A stretch of DNA of 64,000 nt, from positions 97 to 64,096 of the forward strand of contig JAGVYA010000020.1 in NCBI GenBank assembly GCA_018303505.1. The letters are read 5' to 3'. Every line of letters begins with the position of its first letter. Positions within the stretch are counted from its first letter, which is position 1. Shown piece after piece: positions 1 through 7,149 of the stretch. The stretch comes from Candidatus Woesearchaeota archaeon. Its GTDB lineage: Archaea; Nanobdellota; Nanobdellia; Woesearchaeales; GW2011-AR4. A program made the position numbers and the translations under genes. The notes beneath the pieces were generated by a model. The model was not told the origin of the DNA, ran no database searches, and worked only from the letters and a program-made list of their open reading frames with translations.

Positions 1-357
1 GCAGAATCTTTTTCCTGTTTCTGTCGGGCCATCATCAAAAACATGCCCAAGATGTCCATGACATTTTTTGCACAAAACTTCTGTCCTTACCACGCCATGG
101 GAAAAATCTTTTCTTAACTCTACGTTTTCTGTATTTTCCGGCTTGTCAAAGCTTGGCCATCCTGTTCCAGAGTCAAACTTTGCATCTGAATAAAAAAGCT
201 CTGCGCCGCATCCAGCGCAATAGTACATGCCTTTTTCCTTATTGTTGTGGTACTTGCCGGTGAATGCCATTTCCGTGCCCTTTTCCCGCAAAACATGATA
301 TTGTTCAAAACTTAATTTCTTTTTCCACTCTTGCCCTGATTTTGGCATTGATTTCAT
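1..357 (-). CDS. msrB: peptide-methionine (R)-S-oxide reductase MsrB, 3' end cut by window edge
   Basis: Own translation from ATG at 357 running off the window: [73 protein letters not shown]...[24 protein letters not shown]. Paired CxxC and GWPSF motifs of SelR/MsrB. Absent from the ORF track because no stop lies inside the window. Confidence 0.85.
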   Translation of the reverse strand, partial: MKSMPKSGQEWKKKLSFEQYHVLREKGTEMAFTGKYHNNKEKGMYYCAGCGAELFYSDAKFDSGTGWPSFDKPENTENVELRKDFSHGVVRTEVLCKKCHGHLGHVFDDGPTETGKRFC

Positions 358-375
358 TTTGACTTTTAATTAAGG

Positions 376-855
376 TTATTTCTTATTCAATTCTGGCTCT
401 CTACCTAACTCCATTTTAATCATGGCTAATATTTCAAATTCTAACAATGCAATCCTTCCCATGGTTTGTAAATCTTGATAGTCTCGAGTTATTTTATCAA
501 CATTGCATTTTTTAGGGATTGCCGCCACAAACAATCGTTCGCCATCGTTCCATTTAGGATAGGGAATATTATTTTTGATCTCTTTAAACAAACGATTTGC
601 ACCACTATGTCCATAGCCTCTTTTTATCCCACTATCAAATTGATTTAATCTTCCAATAAGTCCGGCTCTCGAGGTAGTCATACCTACATAATAGATATCA
701 TGAATATCTACTTTTTTACCTTCCACTTGGTTCTTAGTTTTAGCAACTACATAAACTCCTGGAAATTGATTATCTTTAACATTAAAGCGATTTTCCCATT
801 TAACCCAAGTTAAAGTTTCTAATTCTTCTTTTATTTCTTTAAGTCTATTACTCAT
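376..855 (-). CDS. GIY-YIG nuclease-domain protein (159 aa)
   Basis: Track ORF 376..999 trimmed to the internal Met (MSNRLKEIK) because the upstream 48 codons run through a tRNA gene. FPGVYVV...IYYVGMTTS...RLNQF fits GIY-YIG motif layout. Confidence 0.6.
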   Translation of the reverse strand: MSNRLKEIKEELETLTWVKWENRFNVKDNQFPGVYVVAKTKNQVEGKKVDIHDIYYVGMTTSRAGLIGRLNQFDSGIKRGYGHSGANRLFKEIKNNIPYPKWNDGERLFVAAIPKKCNVDKITRDYQDLQTMGRIALLEFEILAMIKMELGREPELNKK

Positions 856-868
856 TTTACAAATAAAG

Positions 869-1032
869 GGCGGCAAGGGAGAATCGAACTCCCGCCAAGC
901 GGGTACTGCATTCGGGACTGTGAGCTGGTGAGCGAGTTTCTCGCGAACCTCGCATGTCACTGTCCCGCAAGGTGTCAACGGACTTTGCCGTTGTTCCACA
1001 GCCGCCTATTCTGCCATTAAACTATTGCCACC
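869..1032 (-). tRNA. tRNA-His(GUG) with 92-nt intron at canonical 37/38
   Basis: Cloverleaf by eye. G-1 plus acceptor GTGGCAA/TTGCCGC with discriminator C. D arm GTTT-AATGGCA-GAAT. Anticodon stem GGCGG/CCGCT, anticodon GTG at 997-999. T arm GGGAG-TTCGATT-CTCCC. Intron about 904..995 has bulge GGA, 4-bp helix CTGT/GCAG, bulge TAC. CCA not encoded. Confidence 0.75.
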
Positions 1033-1125
1033 ATAGATATTAGGATATAAAATCAGATTATAAAGATTGTGGATTTAAATTTGAATAAAATTTATAAATA
1101 ATAAATATACATAAACAAGCTTTTT

Positions 1126-1200
1126 GAGGCAACCTGGGAGGTGATGCTCACTTCGGTGGGTGTTGCTTACAAGAATCTTCGGATTCAAAAATCCAGGCCT
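1126..1200. other. small GC-rich structured element with two UUCG-capped hairpins, function unknown
   Basis: CTCAC-TTCG-GTGGG and GAATC-TTCG-GATTC hairpins enclosed by CCTGG...CCAGG. Lies between tRNA-His and rps13. Confidence 0.25.
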
Positions 1201-1324
1201 AGACAAAAAAATCAGTAACCTTTTTAAATGACCATATTATCCCAATTCTATTGCCCGAGTTCATATAAGAGCGTTTCTAGGGTTTTAAAACACGATACGC
1301 TATTTTCTCGTGGCTTTATGTATT

Positions 1325-1373
1325 GGCGAGCAATGCGGCGAGCCTAAAATTTGTGCTGAAGGCACGGATTGAA
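1325..1373. repeat. short half-copy of the GC-rich intergenic repeat family (right-end module)
   Basis: ggcgag...aaaatttgtgctgaaggcacggattgaa matches the right ends of the copies at 4133, 25613, 31473 and 60552. Confidence 0.5.
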
Positions 1374-1398
1374 AATTCAAATTCAAAAATAATAAAAA

Positions 1399-1890
1399 AT
1401 GACTGAACCAGAGCAATCAAAGCAAGAACTAAAATATTTTGTAAGAATTGCGAACACAGACCTAGATGGAAATAAGCCTATTCAGCATGCTTTGATAAAG
1501 ATAAAGGGCATAAGCTTCATGTTTTCTAATGCTGTGTTGAATGTTGCGGATATTGAAAAAACCAAAAAGGCAGGCTACCTGGAGGATAATGAAGCAGCTA
1601 AAATTGATGAGGTTATAAAGGATCCTTCAAAGTTTGGAATTCCATCTTGGCTTTTCAACAGAAAAAGTGACCCTGAAGACAATACAAACAGGCACTTGAC
1701 AGGCCCGATTTTGACTTTCACCCAAGATAATGACATAAAAATGATGAAGAAGATAAAGTCATACAAAGGAATAAGGCACTCATTGGGGCTGCCTGTAAGG
1801 GGCCAAAGAACAAAATCAAACTTCAGGAAAAACAAAGGAAAGGTTATGGGAGTCAAGAAAAAAGAAGGCTCAAAAGCAGGAAGGGTATAA
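1399..1890 (+). CDS. rps13: 30S ribosomal protein uS13
   Basis: YFVRIANTDLDGNKPIQHALIKIKGI N-terminus and basic C-tail; position in the archaeal uS13-uS4-uS11-RpoD cluster. Confidence 0.95.
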   Translation: MTEPEQSKQELKYFVRIANTDLDGNKPIQHALIKIKGISFMFSNAVLNVADIEKTKKAGYLEDNEAAKIDEVIKDPSKFGIPSWLFNRKSDPEDNTNRHLTGPILTFTQDNDIKMMKKIKSYKGIRHSLGLPVRGQRTKSNFRKNKGKVMGVKKKEGSKAGRV

Positions 1891-1892
1891 TG

Positions 1893-2025
1893 CCGCAAAT
1901 CACTGAGATGCGAGTGAGCAGTGAATTTGCGAAAGCTCGACCTGCTTGCGAGAACGCGAGCTCGCGTTCAACTCTTTCGCTCGCTTATGTCACAGCGAAC
2001 TCGCTCACAATTGTCTGATTCGCGG
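1893..2025. repeat. nested GC-rich palindromic repeat in the rps13-rps4 spacer
   Basis: Outer arms ccgcaaatcactgagatgcgagtgagc / gcgaactcgctcacaattgtctgattcgcgg match the hairpin elements at 32551-32675 and 14691-14750. The 75-nt interior (1920-1994) matches the core at 22381-22445. Confidence 0.7.
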
Positions 2026-2055
2026 ACATTTCCAAAATCAGGAGATTTTTGAAAA

Positions 2056-2580
2056 ATGGGAGACCAAAAAAAACAAAGAAAGAAATTTACAACTCCAAGT
2101 CATCCGTGGCAGAAGGAAAGAATAGCTGCGGAAAAAGAAGTATTAAAGCAGTATGGCTTGCGAAGGAAATACGAAGTATGGAAAATGGATTCGATGCTTA
2201 AAAAATTTCTCCACAGGGCAAAAACAATTATCGGGGAAAGAACACAGCAGTCAGAGCTGGAAAAGAAGCAGTTATTGGACAGGCTCTATTTATTGGGTTT
2301 GCTAAAAAAAGACTCAAAGGTTGAAGATATCTTAAATCTTACATTAAAAAATATTCTGGAGAGAAGATTGCAGACATTGATATGCAGGAGACAAATGGCA
2401 AAAACTATGCTTCAGGCAAGGCAATTCATCACGCATGAGCATATAGCGGTTGGCAGCAAAAAAATAACAAATCCATCGTACCTTGTTTCAATTGAAGAAG
2501 AGCCTCAGATTAAACTGGTTCGTGCTATGCAATTAATAGATAATACAAAAGAGCAAAAAGCAGAAAAGGTAAACCAATAA
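2056..2580 (+). CDS. rps4: 30S ribosomal protein uS4
   Basis: [39 protein letters not shown] and an S4 RNA-binding region; cluster context. Confidence 0.95.
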   Translation: MGDQKKQRKKFTTPSHPWQKERIAAEKEVLKQYGLRRKYEVWKMDSMLKKFLHRAKTIIGERTQQSELEKKQLLDRLYLLGLLKKDSKVEDILNLTLKNILERRLQTLICRRQMAKTMLQARQFITHEHIAVGSKKITNPSYLVSIEEEPQIKLVRAMQLIDNTKEQKAEKVNQ

Positions 2581-2584
2581 TAAA

Positions 2585-2983
2585 ATGGAGCAGCGCCAAT
2601 CAAGATGGGGAATTGCGCATATTTATGCGTCATACAACAACACAATAATCCATATAACAGATATAACAGGAACTGAAACACTGGCTGTTGGAAGTGGCGG
2701 CATGGTTGTTAAGAGCGACAGAATGGAAGGCTCTCCAACTGCTGCAATGATTGCTGCAAAAAAAGCTGCTGAAATTGCAATGGACAAGGGCATAACTGGA
2801 ATTCATGTTAAGATAAAAGCTCCAGGCGGCCATAACGGACCGACTAGCCCTGGCCCAGGAGCGCAGGCTGCAATAAGGTCATTGTCAAGAATGGGGCTGA
2901 AGATTGGAATCATAGAGGAAGTAACGCCTTTGCCGCATGACGGCTGCAGAAAAAAAGGCGGCAAACGAGGAAGAAGGGTTTGA
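2585..2983 (+). CDS. rps11: 30S ribosomal protein uS11
   Basis: [27 protein letters not shown]...[11 protein letters not shown]; cluster context. Confidence 0.95.
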   Translation: MEQRQSRWGIAHIYASYNNTIIHITDITGTETLAVGSGGMVVKSDRMEGSPTAAMIAAKKAAEIAMDKGITGIHVKIKAPGGHNGPTSPGPGAQAAIRSLSRMGLKIGIIEEVTPLPHDGCRKKGGKRGRRV

Positions 2984-2995
2984 GCAGGAGGTAAA

Positions 2996-3793
2996 ATGGA
3001 AATAAGGGTTTTAGAAAATAACAAAGAGCAAGGCAAGCTTTCTTTTATTTTAAAAGATTCCATACCTGTTTTCGCAAATACCTTAAGAAGGCTCATGATA
3101 AATGAGGTTCCAACAATGGCTATTGAGAGTGTAACATTCTCAAAAAATAATTCAATACTTTATGATGAAATGATTGCTCACAGGCTTGGCTTAATTCCAC
3201 TAAAAACAGATTTGAAATCATATAACCTTCCGGATAAATGCAAGTGCGAAGGCAAAGGCTGCAACAGATGTCAATTAAAAATGGTGCTCAAAGCCACAAA
3301 AGGATCCGGCATAGTTTATGCTTCTGAAATCAAAAGCAAAGATCCAGCTGTGAAGCCAGTTTATGGGGATATACCTATTGTAAAGCTTCTAAAGGGCCAA
3401 ACTTTGGAATTAGAGGCTACTGCTGTCCTGGGCAGGGGAAAAGACCATATGAAATGGAGCCCATGCCATGCCTATTATAAGTACAGGCCAATCGTGGAGA
3501 TTACAGGCGAGGTAAAAAATCCTGAAGCCATAATAGAAGTCGACCACAATAACATCTTCGAGATAAAAGACAGAAAACTCGTGATAAACAAGGACAGGGT
3601 ACTAGATTGCGACTTGTCATTGGATTTTTCAGAGATAGACAAAGCTGTTAAGGTGACTGCAAGCGACACAGAATTTGTTTTTTATGTTGAATCATTTGGC
3701 CAATTAAGCTGCAAGGAAATCATCAACAAAGCCATTGACATATTTGACGAGCATCTCGATGAGTTCGTAGAAGAACTCAAGAAAGCAAAATAA
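2996..3793 (+). CDS. rpoD: DNA-directed RNA polymerase subunit D (Rpo3)
   Basis: FANTLRRLMINEVPTMAIESV, LGLIPL and a Cys cluster CKCEGKGCNRC; follows rps11 as in archaeal operons. Confidence 0.9.
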   Translation: MEIRVLENNKEQGKLSFILKDSIPVFANTLRRLMINEVPTMAIESVTFSKNNSILYDEMIAHRLGLIPLKTDLKSYNLPDKCKCEGKGCNRCQLKMVLKATKGSGIVYASEIKSKDPAVKPVYGDIPIVKLLKGQTLELEATAVLGRGKDHMKWSPCHAYYKYRPIVEITGEVKNPEAIIEVDHNNIFEIKDRKLVINKDRVLDCDLSLDFSEIDKAVKVTASDTEFVFYVESFGQLSCKEIINKAIDIFDEHLDEFVEELKKAK

Positions 3794-3811
3794 TCCCCCA
3801 ATGATAATTAT

Positions 3812-3943
3812 GCGGGGGTGGCAGAGCCTGGTCAATTTCCGCAAGGAAGGCCAAATGCACTAGGTTGAGGGCCTAGTCCAAATGCACTAGGTTGAGGGCC
3901 TAGTCCCTAAGTGGGTGCGCGTGTTCAAATCACGTCCCCCGCA
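3812..3943 (+). tRNA. tRNA-Leu(GAG) with 17-nt D-loop intron and an internal 27-nt tandem duplication
   Basis: Acceptor GCGGGGG/CCCCCGC plus A. D arm GCA..AGCCTGGTCAA..TGC. Anticodon arm CTAGG-TTGAGGG-CCTAG. Long variable arm CCC-TAAGT-GGG. T arm GCGTG-TTCAAAT-CACGT. Length is 132 nt against about 88 expected. The extra 17 nt are at about 3836-3852 and the extra 27 nt at 3880-3906. Confidence 0.75.
3853..3906 (+). repeat. perfect tandem duplication 2 x 27 nt inside tRNA-Leu
   Basis: aaatgcactaggttgagggcctagtcc at 3853-3879 and again at 3880-3906, duplicating the D-stem 3' strand and the whole anticodon arm. Confidence 0.95.
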
Positions 3944-3979
3944 TTTCAAAATTAAAATTATAAAAAACGAGATAAAAAA

Positions 3980-4133
3980 TCAATCCGTCGCTTCGCGACA
4001 AAAGTTACACTCGGCAAAAATTTTTCCTGCCAATAATTTTTGCCTCGTATTTATTCAATGCATGCACAGGCGAGCCCGAGTGATATGGCAGAGAAGCGAG
4101 GGCGAGCACAAAAATTTGGCGAAGCCGAATTGA
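3980..4133. repeat. full-length copy of the GC-rich TIR/hairpin element (MITE-like)
   Basis: Termini tcaatccg...cgaattga. Terminal hairpins GTCGC-TTC-GCGAC and GGC-GAA-GCC. Internal hairpin GGCAAAAATT/AATTTTTGCC. Colinear with 25457-25613 and 53442-53650. Confidence 0.75.
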
Positions 4134-4166
4134 AATTAAAAACAGATAATAAAACTTAAAATCAAA

Positions 4167-4532
4167 ATGTCAAAAAGAACTGGTCCAAGCAATCCAATAT
4201 TGCAAAATTTAATTCAAGAATTAAAGAAAAAAAGTAGAGAGCAGTCCATAAATTTATGGAAGCGAGTTGCGACTGATTTAGAGAAGCCTACAAGGCAAAG
4301 AAGGATTGTTAATCTTTCAAGCATAAGCAGATACACAAAGGAAAATGAGATTATTGTGGTGCCGGGAAAGGTTCTTGGAGCCGGTGTTTTAGAGCACAAA
4401 CTGACAATATCTGCTTTCCAGTTTTCAGATGGCGCAAAGGAAAAGATTGAGAAAGCTGGCGCAAAAATAGTTCCACTACTGGAATTAAGCAAAGAAAATC
4501 CAAGTGGAAAGGGAATAAGGATAATTGGTTAA
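4167..4532 (+). CDS. rpl18e: 50S ribosomal protein eL18 (L18e)
   Basis: NPILQNLIQELKKKS...WKRVATDLEKPTRQRRIVNLS...VVVPGKVLGAG; conserved position before rpl13. Confidence 0.9.
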   Translation: MSKRTGPSNPILQNLIQELKKKSREQSINLWKRVATDLEKPTRQRRIVNLSSISRYTKENEIIVVPGKVLGAGVLEHKLTISAFQFSDGAKEKIEKAGAKIVPLLELSKENPSGKGIRIIG

Positions 4533-4555
4533 AAGAAATTGTTTTAGGAAGAGAA

Positions 4556-4867
4556 GTGGAATTAGCAAAAGTCTTGCTTCAAAAGTTGATAGATTTGAGT
4601 TCATCATCAAAAGGGATTTCTGCGGTTGATTTATTGCATGCATCTAAAGATGGTTTACATGAAGTGGAGAATAGATATGAGAGATACGAGCATAGAGATG
4701 ATAGGCGCCTTCTAGATGATTATTATCAACTATTAGAAAAACTTGATAGGGCCAGATATATTGATGTTTCAGGAACGCCCCTCCGGGTGGTGTGGGGACC
4801 TGCGATATTGTCAATGCCCGAAGTTGCCAAAGAATTTTTTATAAAAACCTACTCGCCATCACATTAA
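4556..4867 (+). CDS. hypothetical protein (103 aa, GTG start) inserted between rpl18e and rpl13
   Basis: Track ORF. Locally GC-richer and not K/I/N-rich. No motif recognised. Confidence 0.45.
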   Translation: MELAKVLLQKLIDLSSSSKGISAVDLLHASKDGLHEVENRYERYEHRDDRRLLDDYYQLLEKLDRARYIDVSGTPLRVVWGPAILSMPEVAKEFFIKTYSPSH

Positions 4868-4868
4868 A

Positions 4869-5354
4869 ATGATAATCGACGCTAAAGACGCAATTTTAGG
4901 AAGGCTAAGCAGCTATGTTGCAAAGCAGGTTTTGCTAGGCAGCAAAGTAGATGTTATAAACTGCGAGGAATGTAGGCTAAGCAGCTATGTTGCAAAGCAG
5001 GTTTTGCTAGGCAGCAAAGTAGATGTTATAAACTGCGAGGAATGTGTTATTAGCGGAAGAAAACATGCAATATTAAATGAGTACATAAGAAGGCTTCATA
5101 GAAAGGCTCCAACAAAAGCTCCTTATTTCTACAGAAGGCCTGACATGCTTGTCAAAAGAACAATAAGGGGCATGATTCCATTCAAAAGAGCGAGAGGCAG
5201 GGACGCTTTCAAAAATGTAAAATGCTATATTGGCGTTCCTGAAAATTTAAAGAACGAAAAGGCTTTGACTGTTGGAAGCGCAGGGGTTGAGAAGCTGCAC
5301 TCTGCAGATTATTTAAAAGTCAAGGACGTATGCAAAGCAGTAGGCACAAAATGA
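4869..5354 (+). CDS. rpl13: 50S ribosomal protein uL13 carrying an in-frame 24-aa duplication
   Basis: MIIDAKDAILGRLSSYVAKQVLLGSKVDVINCEEC then RLSSYVAKQVLLGSKVDVINCEEC repeated, then VISGRKH...; uL13 N-terminal pattern. Confidence 0.9.
   Translation: MIIDAKDAILGRLSSYVAKQVLLGSKVDVINCEECRLSSYVAKQVLLGSKVDVINCEECVISGRKHAILNEYIRRLHRKAPTKAPYFYRRPDMLVKRTIRGMIPFKRARGRDAFKNVKCYIGVPENLKNEKALTVGSAGVEKLHSADYLKVKDVCKAVGTK
4902..5045 (+). repeat. perfect tandem duplication 2 x 72 nt inside rpl13
   Basis: Unit aggctaagcagctatgttgcaaagcaggttttgctaggcagcaaagtagatgttataaactgcgaggaatgt at 4902-4973 and 4974-5045. Confidence 0.95.
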
Positions 5355-5752
5355 AAAAGATTCACGCATCTGGAAAAAGAAAAACAGCAATTGCAAGAGC
5401 CACATTAAAGCATGGAAATGGCTTAATTAGGGTTAATAATATCTTAATTGATTTTATAGAGCCGAGAATATCGAGGCTTAAATTGCGTGAACCGCTAATA
5501 TTGGCTGGGGATGTTGCTGACAAAGTTGATATTGATGTAAGCGTTGCAGGAGGAGGCACAACTTCACAGGCAGAAGCATCAAGATTAGCTATTGCAAAAG
5601 CATTAGTCAACTTTACAAAAAGCGACAAATTGAAGGAAGTTTTTTTGAATTATGATAGAAACTTGCTCGTTGCAGACGTAAGACGCAAGGAAACTGCAAA
5701 GCCAAACAGGCATGGACAGGCAAGGTCAAAAGTGCAAAAGAGTTACAGATAA
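5351..5752 (+). CDS. rps9: 30S ribosomal protein uS9
   Basis: MKKIHASGKRKTAIARATL...RRKETAKPNRHGQARSKVQKSYR. ATG at 5351 overlaps the rpl13 stop (ATGA). Track ORF trimmed. Confidence 0.92.
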   Translation: MKKIHASGKRKTAIARATLKHGNGLIRVNNILIDFIEPRISRLKLREPLILAGDVADKVDIDVSVAGGGTTSQAEASRLAIAKALVNFTKSDKLKEVFLNYDRNLLVADVRRKETAKPNRHGQARSKVQKSYR

Positions 5753-6039
5753 GACAGAATAAGTCTTTTTTTACTAAAAAATAATCAATTTATTCTTCAA
5801 TTACTAAAATAATATTAAAAAAGCTTTATTAATTGATTATAAGCTCTATTTAACCTATTTAATTCCTCGACCACTGGACATCTTCGTGTGAACTTTATAA
5901 AGGACAAATTCTACAATTTTTTTGATTAGCTCGTTATTTTAATCACCTCAAACAATGTTTCAACTACCAAATTATCATTTTTGCTAAAGCTAAAAATGGT
6001 TTACGCAGTCTCAACCAAGTAAAAACTCGGTGATTCAAA

Positions 6040-7149
6040 ATGAACTCGCTTAAACATCAAAAAATTAAAACTAGAAATTATTATTTAAAAGGCCTAGAAA
6101 TTGGTAGGAAGTTTAGAAAGAAACAGCTAGAAGAATTTAGAAACGAAATTCCAAAAGTTAATGAACTTATTAAAGATAATTCCTTAAATTTCGAAAAATG
6201 GTTTGATTATTACCAAAAATTAATCAATTTTGGATGTAGAGAAATAAAAAGTATTGAAAGAGAAAACAATAAATTAAAAATTACATATACAAATTATGCT
6301 AATGGTAAAAAGAAATTATTCTCAACATTATTTCCTAGAAAAATAGAAATTGATGAAGATTTTTTATATTTCTTTGGTTTATGGGTAGGAGATAAAGCAG
6401 GTGGTGGAAGATTAGGTATTATGAATAAAAATAAAACAATTAACCTCTATACAGCACAATATTTAAGAAAACTTTTCCAGCAACCAGAATTCGTTTTACA
6501 TGTTCATGATAATAATATACCAAAATTAAGTTATAAAATCGATAAAATAGTAAGAATAAACAGCGTAAGGAATGGTTATTCTATTTCTGTTCATGCAACA
6601 AATAGTATGTTAAAATCATTTTTTGAATACCTAGAAACTGATTTGGATAGTTTTCTTAGTTTAGTTTCTAATAAAAATATTTTCTTTGCTGGACTCTTTG
6701 ATGCAGAAGGTAATGTGTTTTTGGAAGACAAATGCTTTAGATGGTCATCTAAGAATGAACGAAATATCGAGATTTTTACTAAACATCTCAAAGAGTTAAA
6801 TTTATTTAAAAGATTTGATGGTTGTAACTTAGTAACCTACAATAAAGAAATTTTCTTAAAGAAAATCCTACCCTACATAAAACATCCTCAAAAGATTAAT
6901 GACACAAACCTTATCCTATATAAGACAGGTACTTTGAGTATGAGATTTAATAGAATACTTAAATTCGTTAATGATAATCCAGGGAAAACTGCGAAAGAAA
7001 TTGCGAAAGCTTTAAAAATGGTCAAGGTCTACTCTCAGATAAAGTTCTTAGAATATTTAGAACTAATAAAAGCTGAGGATTATCCGCGTAAAATGTTTAT
7101 AACTAATAAAAGTTCGGGAGTATTGCTCCGAGGGGGGAAGGATTTATGA
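6040..7149 (+). CDS. free-standing double-motif LAGLIDADG homing endonuclease with C-terminal HTH-like region
   Basis: FFGLWVGDKAGG and FFAGLFDAEGNVF motifs. C-terminal GKTAKEIAKALKMVKVYSQIKFLEYLELI. Sits between rps9 and rpoN, which are normally adjacent. Confidence 0.8.
   Translation: MNSLKHQKIKTRNYYLKGLEIGRKFRKKQLEEFRNEIPKVNELIKDNSLNFEKWFDYYQKLINFGCREIKSIERENNKLKITYTNYANGKKKLFSTLFPRKIEIDEDFLYFFGLWVGDKAGGGRLGIMNKNKTINLYTAQYLRKLFQQPEFVLHVHDNNIPKLSYKIDKIVRINSVRNGYSISVHATNSMLKSFFEYLETDLDSFLSLVSNKNIFFAGLFDAEGNVFLEDKCFRWSSKNERNIEIFTKHLKELNLFKRFDGCNLVTYNKEIFLKKILPYIKHPQKINDTNLILYKTGTLSMRFNRILKFVNDNPGKTAKEIAKALKMVKVYSQIKFLEYLELIKAEDYPRKMFITNKSSGVLLRGGKDL

Noticed and set aside
856-999. N-terminal 48 codons of track ORF 376..999 (MEQRQSPLTPCGTVTCEVREKLAHQ...)
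   Set aside because: They read straight through the tRNA-His gene and its intron. The ORF was trimmed to the internal Met at 855.
1126-1200. Possible tRNA or split-tRNA half (GGATTCAAAAATCC resembles a T arm)
   Set aside because: The loop length and stem do not fit a T arm, and no acceptor, D or anticodon arms could be drawn.
3853-3906. 27-nt duplication in tRNA-Leu as a standard BHB intron on its own
   Set aside because: The two copies can only form stems separated by 7-nt internal loops. They cannot form the 3-nt bulge / 4-bp helix / 3-nt bulge geometry. Only the speculative 44-nt joint excision was kept as a hypothesis.
3915-4133. Track ORFs lying on GC-rich repeats (3915..4133, 14550..14735, 25436..25630, 53443..53673, 60332..60523, the first parts of 14668..15156 and 25554..26099, and the 3' end of 32244..32642)
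   Set aside because: They coincide with dispersed palindromic repeat copies. They have Arg/Cys/Ser-rich composition from GC-rich palindromes and are not conserved in frame between copies.
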